Virus record (IMG/VR): IMGVR_UViG_3300020580_000015
Location: 1-60,636 of that record
Reading direction: 5' to 3' (one strand)
DNA: 60,636 bases
Source of the DNA: a virus
Lineage: Duplodnaviria > Caudoviricetes
Below, piece by piece: positions 44,898-54,258 of this stretch. The translations under genes were made by a program, and so were the position numbers. The notes beneath the pieces are model-generated. The model was not told where the DNA came from, did not search any database, and was given only the letters and a program-made list of their open reading frames with translations. How positions within the stretch are numbered: position 1 is the stretch's first letter; every line of letters begins with the position of its first letter.

Positions 44898-46358
44898 TTA
44901 TGCGGCTCTATACCAAAGAGCGGTACTGGGATCCCAAGTAAATTTGCGCGCACTTAAAGCCGGGATCGCGCTCGTCGCGCCGTCTGCCACGTTGCTGTTA
45001 GCGGCGATGTCGAATGTGATGGTGAAGGCTGACTCATTGATGAGTGTGCATTCCTGGGCACCGGTCGAGGCAGTGCCCGGACCCGCTTGCATCTTGATCG
45101 TACTCACATTCGCGCCACCAGCAATAGTGCAACGTACTGTAGTAGTATTAAGAGTCGTAATAGTTGAACCGTTCGCCAAAGCTGCGGCGTTTGCCGCGAG
45201 CGGAGAATACAAATTACCATTACCAAGTTCGGCGACACCCTGAGTAGTAAGTGCATCGCCAGGTAGAATGAAACACTTACTGACCGTCCCATATTGGATA
45301 TTGGCGGTCCCGAAATTACTGAAAAATGACGGCACAGACCAATGCACGCCGGACGCCTTGACAAGGTTGAGGCCGATAGCGCCGGCCGCTGTATTCGCCA
45401 TGATGGTACCGTGGAGGGTAAGTCCTTGGATCTGACTCGTGGCCCCTACCCGAATCTCTCCCACCGTATTGGCGTTATTCTCAAAGTGGCAACTGATCAC
45501 ATAGTCAGCAACGAGCGTGCTGGTGGCATCGATATCTATGCCTACTACGGTCCCGGCGCCACGCAAACCTTCGCAATCACAAGACAACACAGAGAGCGAA
45601 TTAGAATCAACAATCGACAGGCCTATAGGCGTAAGATTTGTGCCGCTTGACCCGAAGGCTACGTTGAACAGACTCAACGCATGAGTCTGAGCGCTCGCAA
45701 ATATGTTGCGATTACGGTTCCCCTCGATCCTGCTGTTTGAAATCTTATTACCGAAATTCGAACCACTGAAAAAATCCAGACCTAAACCAAAGCCGGTAAT
45801 ACGCACTCCATCTATGATATTGTCGTGGGAACTCTCAAAGGTGATACCGTCTTGAGTAGCCGCCGTGTATATACCAGTAAATCCGAAATCTCGGAGTGTG
45901 TTACCATAGCCCGCACCGAGATTGTTCAGCGTGAGCATCGTAATGTCGTTTTGTGCTACAAGGAAACTATTAAGCCAGCCGTTGCCCGTGATCTTAATTG
46001 GGCGTGTGGCGGTGGCGCCCGCGTTAATGAAAAACCCCGTAGTCGTCGTGGGTATAAATATTGCTGCGGAGTAGTTTGCAAACTGATTCGCCTGCGCAAC
46101 GGCTGCGAGCCACGCTGCTGTATCTAGCGCGGTGTTTCCGCCAACTCCGCCGTACCGACGAAGATCCCCAGGAGGCCAGAACGGATTTACCGGCGTAACT
46201 CCAGCCGCAGCTTCAGCAGGGGTTTGAAGAAATGGCGCGAAGGCGCTGCTAGCGCTATACAGCTCAGTGAAATTCGAGTTGATCTTATCGAATGCGGACT
46301 TTGGTGAGTCGCCCTGCCCGCTGTTTGCGGGTATGGTGATAATTTGCTGCTGCGTCAT
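44898..46358 (-). CDS. tailspike/depolymerase with parallel beta-helix
   Basis: GDSPKSAFDKINSNFTELY anchor, GDLRRYG, N/G/I-rich beta-helix repeats; lower GC. Confidence 0.75.
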   Translation of the reverse strand: MTQQQIITIPANSGQGDSPKSAFDKINSNFTELYSASSAFAPFLQTPAEAAAGVTPVNPFWPPGDLRRYGGVGGNTALDTAAWLAAVAQANQFANYSAAIFIPTTTTGFFINAGATATRPIKITGNGWLNSFLVAQNDITMLTLNNLGAGYGNTLRDFGFTGIYTAATQDGITFESSHDNIIDGVRITGFGLGLDFFSGSNFGNKISNSRIEGNRNRNIFASAQTHALSLFNVAFGSSGTNLTPIGLSIVDSNSLSVLSCDCEGLRGAGTVVGIDIDATSTLVADYVISCHFENNANTVGEIRVGATSQIQGLTLHGTIMANTAAGAIGLNLVKASGVHWSVPSFFSNFGTANIQYGTVSKCFILPGDALTTQGVAELGNGNLYSPLAANAAALANGSTITTLNTTTVRCTIAGGANVSTIKMQAGPGTASTGAQECTLINESAFTITFDIAANSNVADGATSAIPALSARKFTWDPSTALWYRAA

Positions 46359-46684
46359 AACTGACTATCTGCCACATCAGGCGACTCTTGATCGGCCGTC
46401 CACACCTGCTTCGTGCTATCGTCCGCATAAACTTGATCTGCGGTTCTGCCGCTGACCGATGCGTTCGACAACCCTATCGGAATTCTGCGATTGTTCTTCG
46501 CGTCATAAATGTCCGTGCCATCACGCGACGCGTTCGAAAGATTCACGAGCGGTGACTTCGGCTGTGCGACGGGTACGGCGCCGCCGCCGTTCGCGCCCCA
46601 GGTGTCGCCACCCATCTGGACCAACGCGAATACGTCAGGGTTCGGTGTCAGCGTCTGACCGCCGTTCGCTGCTGTGCGGGCCAT
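46355..46684 (-). CDS. hypothetical late protein
   Basis: Stop-start coupling in the late operon. Confidence 0.65.
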   Translation of the reverse strand: MARTAANGGQTLTPNPDVFALVQMGGDTWGANGGGAVPVAQPKSPLVNLSNASRDGTDIYDAKNNRRIPIGLSNASVSGRTADQVYADDSTKQVWTADQESPDVADSQL

Positions 46685-47164
46685 TTACATCCCTGAGAGG
46701 TTTGGTGCGTTCGCCGGATACGTGACAACGTTCGCGACGCGCGCCGTAGCCGGCTGTGTGATGCTCGCGGCGGGTGACGGCACCTGCGGGCTCGCGCCGC
46801 CGTTCGACGGAATGAATCCGCCCTGGCCGTACGTCGAGTCACAGAGTAGTACCTGGCCGCGCGACATCTTAGCGAGCAGCGAGTCGCCGCCCGCGTTGCC
46901 GCCCTGATTCGCCGGACCCGCACCCTGCAGCGTGGTCGTGTCCTGCAGGTTCATCGGCATGAAGCCAGACGAAACCTGCGTGCCGGTCAGCTGCTGTACC
47001 GGATTCTGCGGCGTACCCGGCTCAGTGCCAAGACAGTTGTCTTGCAAGCCGCCCGGGTTCGGGTTGCCTTGCATCTGCGCGCCGTTGGGCGCCGCGCCTG
47101 GCATGCCTACGGATGTGGCGAAGGAGTCGGGGTTTGCGGTCGGTGTCCAGAACGTGTTTGCCAT
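46685..47164 (-). CDS. Gly/Pro/Gln/Asn-rich late protein
   Basis: Coupled to neighbours; low-complexity polar. Confidence 0.65.
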   Translation of the reverse strand: MANTFWTPTANPDSFATSVGMPGAAPNGAQMQGNPNPGGLQDNCLGTEPGTPQNPVQQLTGTQVSSGFMPMNLQDTTTLQGAGPANQGGNAGGDSLLAKMSRGQVLLCDSTYGQGGFIPSNGGASPQVPSPAASITQPATARVANVVTYPANAPNLSGM

Positions 47165-47165
47165 C

Positions 47166-47639
47166 TCAGCCCCCGTATACCGTCGCAGCGGTCGGCTGCG
47201 TGAACGTGTTCATTGGCTGCTGCGTCGAAGCCTGGCTGGCCTCGCCGGATGTCGGTCCTTCGGTTTGGTTCGCGCCGCCAGCACCAAAACTCTGTCCGCC
47301 GTTCGCATCGCTGTTGAGTGTGTCGCCGCCGACTTGCGTACCGGAACCGTTACGATCACCGGACGACAACGCGTCCGCCACCGTGCGACCGCCTGGGCCA
47401 GTGCCGGCGCCCGCCTGAGACGTCACACCGTAGCCCGACCCTTGCAAGTTAAGCGGCAGCGTGGCGCGCGACGCGGACGCGAGAACGGTGTCACCGCTCG
47501 CGTTGTTCGAGTTAGGCGGGAAGAGACCCACGCCAGGATTCACGGGCTGCAGGGTGGCCTGGACGAGGTTCCCTAGTTGAGTGCCTTGGAAGGGTGTGGT
47601 ATTAAGCGGCGTACCGCCCGGGGTTCCGAAGATGGTCAT
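47166..47639 (-). CDS. Gly/Thr/Gln-rich late protein
   Basis: AGGAG RBS; low-complexity polar. Confidence 0.65.
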   Translation of the reverse strand: MTIFGTPGGTPLNTTPFQGTQLGNLVQATLQPVNPGVGLFPPNSNNASGDTVLASASRATLPLNLQGSGYGVTSQAGAGTGPGGRTVADALSSGDRNGSGTQVGGDTLNSDANGGQSFGAGGANQTEGPTSGEASQASTQQPMNTFTQPTAATVYGG

Positions 47640-47895
47640 CCCTGAAAAACTCCTGAAAGCAATGTAACGTTCGCGGTCGTGGTCGAACCAGCGAGCGGCG
47701 CGCTGACTACCGATTCATTGTTGAACGGTGTCGGGCCAGTCGATAGGCTATCGTTCGCGTTCGCGATACCGTCGACAAATACTTGGTTGTTGACGCCCAT
47801 CGTAGTCGTGGCTACGTTGTTGTTTGCATTCGGCTCGCGGGCGGGCCAATCGGCGGGACGCCGAGCGGACCCGCGCCATTGTTTCCAAAAGTCAT
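47636..47895 (-). pseudogene. first gene of the structural cluster, with apparent -1 frameshift near 47840
   Basis: AGGAG-ATG MTFGNNGAGPLGVPPIGPP, then the -1 frame gives EPNANNNV...SGVFQG* overlapping the next ATG. Confidence 0.6.
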
Positions 47896-48179
47896 GAGAG
47901 ACTCCTATGCATCATAAAACAGGCGCTAAGCCTGATAAGATACCTTTTACGGTACACTCGGGTCTCTCACCACCCGTTCAAAATTCATCCCCAGTATTGA
48001 CGCGCCCTGGAGGACCGGCTACCGGTTCAGTTACGAGACGCCGCCGCCAATCGCTTTGAATAACATCGAGCCGATGGCAAACAGCAACTGATTCGTGCGA
48101 GCGAGTTCCGCCGTGACGATCAGCAACAAAGCCAGCGCAGAAACGCGATATACCGCGGTACATGCGGGACGTAAAAAAT

Positions 48180-48446
48180 TCATACTCGTTGCTCCAGCAC
48201 GGCCTGCGCCCTGCGTTTATCACCCGCTACCGCTGCGATGCAGTGGCCGCGCCACGTCGGGAACTGGCCGACGAGGTGCATGAGCGCATCGATCATCGGA
48301 GCGAAGATCTTGCCGCGCAGCTTGCCTTCGAGGAGCGCGGAGCCGGCGCGGCCGGACATTGACTCGCCGGGCTGGCCGCCAGTGATCGCGGACCCGAGGA
48401 TATCGAGCGCGAACACGAGATTGAAAACGTAGCCGCTCATCGACAT
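48180..48446 (-). CDS. conserved small phage protein
   Basis: ALD....I.GG.P.E.MS.RA...ID.L....HC. Confidence 0.7.
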   Translation of the reverse strand: MSMSGYVFNLVFALDILGSAITGGQPGESMSGRAGSALLEGKLRGKIFAPMIDALMHLVGQFPTWRGHCIAAVAGDKRRAQAVLEQRV

Positions 48447-48596
48447 TGGCTCCCTACGCGCACCTTAAAGCCGTGCGCCTTCATCATGATCAAATTCTCG
48501 TGGAGCATCGTGATCAGGCAGTGCGCCGTCTTCCAGCGCTGCTGCACGTCGCTCCACACCTGGAACTTCAGGCGGCCGTTCATTTGCGTCGTTTGT

Positions 48597-48767
48597 TCAT
48601 TTGCTCACCACCCCTCGCTGATACGCGTCGTGCTCGCGCAGGTCGGCGGCGCAGTCCATCACGCCGTGCCAGTCGTCGCGCCAAAACTTTCCTATCATGT
48701 CTTGCTTGATCACTTCGCGCTGCTCGGCGGGCGATAGTGTCGGCATGGTCGACGTGTTGGCGCTCAT
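48597..48767 (-). CDS. hypothetical protein
   Basis: TGATG coupling; DWHGVMDCAADLRE. Confidence 0.55.
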   Translation of the reverse strand: MSANTSTMPTLSPAEQREVIKQDMIGKFWRDDWHGVMDCAADLREHDAYQRGVVSK

Positions 48768-49087
48768 CAGCGTTTCTTCCATCGCTCCAACGTGCGTTGC
48801 ACGGTGGCGGTCGCGTTCTGCACTTCATCAATGTACCACAGAATGCAGCCGTCTATGCGCACGGGCAGCGGCGCCATCTTGCGCGCGAGGAGTCGGCCCA
48901 GCTCGCCGTGGCTGCACTTGAAGAGCACCGTCAGGTTCTCTCGGGTGTACATGGCCGGCGGCTCTTTGCGAGGTTCCCGTGGCTCGGCAACCGGCACGAT
49001 GGTGCGATGTTCTTTGTCGTAGACCAACGGCACGAAGGGTTTCTTCGGTGTATCTGTCCACGGGATCGTCGTTTGAATCTCACTCAC
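48767..49087 (-). CDS. AlpA/excisionase-like winged-HTH protein
   Basis: YTRENL...LGRLL...PLPVRIDG.ILWY.DEV. Confidence 0.65.
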   Translation of the reverse strand: MSEIQTTIPWTDTPKKPFVPLVYDKEHRTIVPVAEPREPRKEPPAMYTRENLTVLFKCSHGELGRLLARKMAPLPVRIDGCILWYIDEVQNATATVQRTLERWKKR

Positions 49088-49448
49088 CAGTGAATTCCTT
49101 CGTCAGCTGCTGCTCCAGATACATCGCGGCAGCGCGAGCCAGGAGCGGACTCTCGCGCAAAGCGCCGATGGCTGTATTACACCCGCCACAGAGTAAAGAA
49201 CGAACCCGACCTGTCTTATGATCGTGATCGACATGTAGCGTGCGGTCGCTGGGTGTTCTGCAAATCGCACAGACGCCATTCTGCTGTACGAACATTCGAT
49301 TAAAATCTTCGACCGACAACCCGTACAAACTCTTAAGTCGATATCTCAGGTTGTACTTTTCCTTCAGTGCCTTCGCTCTTGCCGACTCAAGGTACTTTCG
49401 CTTATATGCCGCGCGTCTGCCAATGTACGGATCTGAGGCTTCTTTCAT
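49080..49448 (-). CDS. endonuclease VII-family homing endonuclease
   Basis: YGLS...Q.GVCAIC...LHVDHDHKTGRVRSLLC..CN. Confidence 0.9.
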   Translation of the reverse strand: MKEASDPYIGRRAAYKRKYLESARAKALKEKYNLRYRLKSLYGLSVEDFNRMFVQQNGVCAICRTPSDRTLHVDHDHKTGRVRSLLCGGCNTAIGALRESPLLARAAAMYLEQQLTKEFTGE

Positions 49449-49951
49449 AACAACTCCTTAATGCTGCGGTGCGGCGGGCGGGCGGGCGGCCGACACGAAT
49501 CCAGCCCTACCCACCTTGTTAGGGCATTTTATAGACTTTTGGCCCCAGTCGTCAATATGACGATGCTGACGATGGTTCCTGTTACTTCACCGCTGGGCCT
49601 AACCTGTTTTGACCCCCCGGCGCGACGATGCGGAGGTAACCGAGACTTCCGATCCCTTAGGGGGTTTCGAGATATCCCCAAGCATTATGACAGCATGGGG
49701 TACCCCCGCACCCGACGGCCAGCAGCCAGGCAGCAGGCAGCGGCCCAGGTCGACCACGATATGGGCGTATCGTGCTAGATGATGGTGCATGCTGCACTCG
49801 CACATGAATACTATTCATCGAGAGCCAGCATAGGTTGAATTTAACCGCCATATCTTTATCGCACCGCACCATACGTCGCGAGGTGGGGGCAGTCCGTGGT
49901 CAGAGTGGGGTAGCCCCAGCGGCTAGTAGTGCGTGGTGGGGCAGGGCTATA

Positions 49952-50067
49952 TGATGATGATGGTTGATACCTATCTTACCCCACACCCCCACATATACTA
50001 TCACTACTGTATACCTAATAATACCGACTCTCACGTCTAAGGGGATAGGTATCAACTATCATCATCA
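49952..50067. repeat. 24-bp inverted repeat (23/24 match) with 68-bp spacer in the divergence region
   Basis: tgatgatgatggttgatacctatc 49952-49975 versus gataggtatcaactatcatcatca 50044-50067. Confidence 0.9.
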
Positions 50068-50078
50068 GTAGTTGACAC

Positions 50079-50108
50079 TTGACTGGGGGTAGCGGCTGGC
50101 CTTACTCT
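50079..50108 (+). promoter_or_regulatory. sigma70-like early promoter
   Basis: TTGACT-18 nt-TACTCT. Confidence 0.5.
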
Positions 50109-50144
50109 GTAATTGATACCTAACATATTGGAGGGCTGGTACAC

Positions 50145-50498
50145 ATGGGAAGCACGGTCGCAGCGCAGCGCAGCAGGCTGCACAACGAAGGATATGTGGC
50201 GCTACGCGCCAAGATCATAGCGCACTACAAGACGCTGCCATTGATGGGCCGCGAGGCGGGCGCCAAGGCGTACAAGCTGCCGCCGAAGCTTGGGCACTGG
50301 CACGATACGCACAGCGCCCTGGTGCTCTCTGTGTGCCCCGAGCTGGATGATGTGGTGCGAGCCATAGACGAGCTGCGAGCACAGCGCGACGCAGATGCTA
50401 TTGCTGCGCAGCATATCAGACGCAAGCCGGGCGGTAGGGGCTCGAACATCAGTCACCAGACGCCTGAGCTGGTTGGCGAGTGGCCGCCACGTCAATAA
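50145..50498 (+). CDS. hypothetical early protein
   Basis: GGAGG RBS. Confidence 0.6.
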   Translation: MGSTVAAQRSRLHNEGYVALRAKIIAHYKTLPLMGREAGAKAYKLPPKLGHWHDTHSALVLSVCPELDDVVRAIDELRAQRDADAIAAQHIRRKPGGRGSNISHQTPELVGEWPPRQ

Positions 50499-50577
50499 TG
50501 TGACGCACCTCTAGTATCCAGCATCAAGCCGTGCTACTCTTGAGTTGTACCCAACACCGAAGCTAGGAGCGCGAGAC

Positions 50578-51408
50578 ATGAAGACCAAAGGTCAGCACCG
50601 CGGACACTGCCAGAAGTGTGGCGCCATCCAGGTCGTGCTACCCACGGGCAAGCTGGCCGATCACGGCTACACTGTCCCCAACGGCTACTTCAAAGGCACA
50701 TGCCAGGGCAGCAACCAACTCCCGCTCCAGGTCTCGCGCGTCATCACCGACGCCATCATCCGCGCGATGAATGACCTGGCCGCACGCAACGAGGTGCACG
50801 CCATTGCACTGGGCGCCGGGCAGCTCAAGCCCGAGCAAGTGCAGCAGCTCACCGCATGGGGCAGCCGCGAATACACCTACGTTGATCGCAAGCAAGTGCC
50901 GATCATGAAGCCCTGGAGCGAGGGCACGGGCGCAGAGCGCACTGAACAGCTGAAGCTTGAGATCGGCCGGGCCGAGAGCGATGCCCACTTCTTCCGCTCG
51001 CATGCCAAGAGCATGAGCGAGCTAGCGCAGGCCGTGCACGGCACCGCACTGATTGACCGCGACGCTGAAGAGCTGGCGCGCAAGGCGGAGCGCGCTGCGA
51101 AGACCGCACCAATTGCCGGCGCGTATCGCACGAAGATCGAACAGAAGCGTGCGCTCGAAGCGCTCGGTGTTGAGTACAGCAAAGCGCGGCGCGTCATCAT
51201 GGACCGCTACCTCAGCACAGCGCACAGCGAGCGCACCGATGCCGGCAGCAACGTCTACAACAGCATGCCGTTCAACCTGCATTGCTGGAGAGCGAAGCAC
51301 ACCGCGCTGGTGCTCGACACGTATCCCGAGCTGGCGCCCACCGTTGAAGCCATCGAGATCCTCGTCATCAACCGCAACGAGATCAAGGCACGGCCGGTGA
51401 TCAAGTGA
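50578..51408 (+). CDS. hypothetical early protein with N-terminal Zn-binding motif
   Basis: GHCQKCG...HGY...C.GS; AGGAG RBS. Confidence 0.75.
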   Translation: MKTKGQHRGHCQKCGAIQVVLPTGKLADHGYTVPNGYFKGTCQGSNQLPLQVSRVITDAIIRAMNDLAARNEVHAIALGAGQLKPEQVQQLTAWGSREYTYVDRKQVPIMKPWSEGTGAERTEQLKLEIGRAESDAHFFRSHAKSMSELAQAVHGTALIDRDAEELARKAERAAKTAPIAGAYRTKIEQKRALEALGVEYSKARRVIMDRYLSTAHSERTDAGSNVYNSMPFNLHCWRAKHTALVLDTYPELAPTVEAIEILVINRNEIKARPVIK

Positions 51409-51841
51409 GCACCTTTCTGCTCCTCGTGCTCGGCATCGCGTGCACGATCTGGTACACCAACAGTGTGAGGAAGAATCGCAAATGAACCCACGCAAAGACT
51501 GGTCATGGCGGACCGATGCCGAGACGCGCAAGGCGCTCGACGTAGGTGCCAAGAAGATCAAGGCAGCCAAGGCCAAGGCTGCACCACCGAAGCAGGAGAG
51601 ACGCAAGTGAGCAGACTCATCGAGCTGGTGCGCGAGCAGATCCTTGAAGAGCTGCCGCAAATCACGGACTCGTTCATACGCGAGCGTGCCGTCGATCGCG
51701 AGATCAACAGCCTCACGCCGCTCGAACTGTTGGAGCGCATCAGCGACGCGCTACGCAAAGGCTACAGGCAGTTGTGATGGTCGACGGCCAGGCTATTTGC
51801 TTGGAGTTACCACACAATCAAATCATGGACGCGAGGTACAT

Positions 51842-52459
51842 ATGAGCATTACCGACGATCAATCAGGATTCAATGGGCTGGAAGCGTATAGCAAGGCGTG
51901 GCTGATCGCGCCGAACCCAAACAAACTCACCACGGAGAACGCTGAGAGTGAAGAGCGCAGCACCTACAAGAGCGCGACCGAAGGCCCGATTCCACTGTCC
52001 TTCAAGGGCCGGCACCTCATGCAACGCCTGCGCACCTCCACGATGGCGGCGATTCAGTTCGGCAACTGGCATGTGTTCGGCGAAGCAGTGTCGCGCAGCC
52101 GCGCCGCGATTGCTCGGCGCATGGGCGAGCTGGAAGCGCGAGTCGCGGCAGCCGATTCATTCAGTGCCTGGGCGAACAGCATTCGCACGAAGAATCTGAT
52201 CAAGCGTTGCGTAAACGCGGAGCACAAAAACCAGGAGCTGATGTTCGACTACCAACTGCTGCAACAGAAGCTGACGGACTCATTGACTGAAGTTCACCGC
52301 TCGTGGGCGGCTGAGCGTGCTGAGTGGCAGGAGCGGACCGCGATTGATGAAGCCTTCATCGTATTGCTTGGCGACCGGTTGGGCAAGCGCCTGGCGCAGA
52401 TCGACACCATACGCCGCGCATGCGACGTAGCTGCCAGCGACGCGCGGCTAGATCCGTGA
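51842..52459 (+). CDS. hypothetical coiled-coil protein
   Basis: GAGG RBS; codon usage. Confidence 0.65.
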   Translation: MSITDDQSGFNGLEAYSKAWLIAPNPNKLTTENAESEERSTYKSATEGPIPLSFKGRHLMQRLRTSTMAAIQFGNWHVFGEAVSRSRAAIARRMGELEARVAAADSFSAWANSIRTKNLIKRCVNAEHKNQELMFDYQLLQQKLTDSLTEVHRSWAAERAEWQERTAIDEAFIVLLGDRLGKRLAQIDTIRRACDVAASDARLDP

Positions 52460-52566
52460 ACGAAGAGCGCAGAATCGGCCTAATAGTAGGCATTTGCGGG
52501 CTGGTTGCGCTCGTAACGTTTGCCTGTATAATGGTGGCGCTCGGAACCAAAAACTAGGAGATTGAA

Positions 52567-53016
52567 ATGGCGAACAAATTTGACGGCGACATCCGCCCGC
52601 TCTCGAACGATCAGCGCTACATGGGCGTGGTCTTCACTGGCTCGATGAAGAACGCGATCAAGCAGGCCAAGGCCGCGCCTGATCACGGCCTGGCGCCGCG
52701 CAATCCGGCGGCAGCTCACGGCATCAGTCGCAATCGCGCGGCGCTCCTGGAGCACCTGAATCTGTTGTCGGAGCCGGCCATCGGTCACGACGTGTACATG
52801 CACGGGAAGATCGACCCAAGCATCCCGGCGTTGCGCGCCCACATAGCCGACCTTGAGACGGTGCTTCAATTCTACGTCGATGCCTTCCCAGCGTTTCGCA
52901 GCAAGCCAGTTGGAGCGCCGGGTAGCATTGAACGGAAAGCGCAGAACGTCCATATCGACTACGAGAATCTAGCGCGAAAGTTTTTGCCACAGGCTAATAC
53001 AGAGGTGAAACCGTGA
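52567..53016 (+). CDS. hypothetical protein
   Basis: GGAG RBS. Confidence 0.65.
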   Translation: MANKFDGDIRPLSNDQRYMGVVFTGSMKNAIKQAKAAPDHGLAPRNPAAAHGISRNRAALLEHLNLLSEPAIGHDVYMHGKIDPSIPALRAHIADLETVLQFYVDAFPAFRSKPVGAPGSIERKAQNVHIDYENLARKFLPQANTEVKP

Positions 53017-53309
53017 GCGCATATGATAAGGGGTTTGCCGCTGGTCTAGAAGGAAGACAGGCTGCAACTTGCCCCTATAAGTCTCAGCGCAATGCGCGCG
53101 TCCAATGGTTCGACGGATTCGATAAAGGCTGTTTAGAGCGAGAGGCAGCAAAGCAGATTCCGGTCAATCTGCCTTTCGAGCGTATACCGCAGCACGCGAG
53201 CGATCCAGGCTTTGGTCCAGTTCCGCCTGAATCAAATGTCGTATCTATTTTGAGTGTAGAGGCCGAAGTGCCACAATCCGATGTAGAAGCAGACGTGCCC
53301 CGATTGTGA
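53013..53309 (+). CDS. ribosome modulation factor (Rmf)-like domain protein
   Basis: AYDKGFAAG..G.....CPY.......W..G.F pattern matching RMF. Confidence 0.6.
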   Translation: MSAYDKGFAAGLEGRQAATCPYKSQRNARVQWFDGFDKGCLEREAAKQIPVNLPFERIPQHASDPGFGPVPPESNVVSILSVEAEVPQSDVEADVPRL

Positions 53310-53500
53310 GCAACCAACACACTGAAACGTGCGGCTGTGTCGTGACCATCGAGCCTGGTCACGTCTACACGAAGATGTGCGAGCAGCATAAGGATGAGGC
53401 GTTTCGATACACTCGGCAAGACATGATCAATAGTCTTGACGACCTGATAAGAACCGGCTTTAGAGGCAGTACCGACAACCGCGATCTAATAGGAGGATGA
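53306..53500 (+). CDS. small Cys-containing protein
   Basis: GTGA coupling; CGC...CEQH. Confidence 0.5.
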   Translation: MSNQHTETCGCVVTIEPGHVYTKMCEQHKDEAFRYTRQDMINSLDDLIRTGFRGSTDNRDLIGG

Positions 53501-53501
53501 T

Positions 53502-53870
53502 ATGTGCTTAGACATCGATCCAGAAATCAAGACGCTGAAAAATCGCGTCGTGTGGAAAGTGTTCGACAAGGAAACCGGCAAGATCGCATCGCTGCACAGG
53601 GGCGCGGTTTATCCGAAAGGTAAACTGGTCGAGCGCTCTCCCGGCCCAACCACCATGACCATGTATGAGGATACAGTCGTCGGCACGCGCGGCCTGCATT
53701 TCTTTCGCAGCAAAGCGCTGGCCCTGGCTGAGGCCCGCACCTTGCACAACACCTACATCGCCAAGTTTGCGGTGAACCCGGCGGATTTCATGTTCGCCAA
53801 TAGCACGGAAGTGATGTACGAGCGCGCAACGCGCATCAGCAACTTCATCAAGGCCGGCTACGGCGATTGA
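53502..53870 (+). CDS. hypothetical protein
   Basis: AGGAGG RBS; MCL...VWKVF...GLHFF. Confidence 0.7.
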   Translation: MCLDIDPEIKTLKNRVVWKVFDKETGKIASLHRGAVYPKGKLVERSPGPTTMTMYEDTVVGTRGLHFFRSKALALAEARTLHNTYIAKFAVNPADFMFANSTEVMYERATRISNFIKAGYGD

Positions 53871-53894
53871 CCATCAACGCACCTGGTCGGCCTG

Positions 53895-53922
53895 TTGACG
53901 GCCGGCCAGGCTGTGTTACTCT
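53895..53922 (+). promoter_or_regulatory. sigma70-like promoter overlapping a GC hairpin
   Basis: TTGACG-16 nt-TACTCT; cctggtcggcc/ggccggccagg dyad. Confidence 0.55.
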
Positions 53923-53949
53923 GGATTTGTACCTACGAGGTAAAAATTT

Positions 53950-54258
53950 GTGCGAAGTCGCCACTGGTTTTGGGCCGCAGTTATCCTGATGTTAGGTGGG
54001 ATCCTCTACATGGGACTCGCTCCCGCCGCTGAGGCGGCTACTCCGCGTGTGAGCACCCAACCCACTGTTGAGGTCGACGTGGTGTTAAAGACAGATAAAG
54101 CCTGGACGCATCGCAAGGCTACCGTAGACGCATTCAGCGACGGTAAGATAGTTGTCTGTGAAGAGTTCAAAGATAGTGTAGTCGCCCAGTGCATTGTGCT
54201 GGTAGACGACGGCGATGTTCCGATGCTGCCTGTCCGATTGTTAGAGGATAAAATATGA
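53950..54258 (+). CDS. signal-peptide/membrane protein
   Basis: Hydrophobic N-terminus ending AEA. Confidence 0.6.
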   Translation: MRSRHWFWAAVILMLGGILYMGLAPAAEAATPRVSTQPTVEVDVVLKTDKAWTHRKATVDAFSDGKIVVCEEFKDSVVAQCIVLVDDGDVPMLPVRLLEDKI

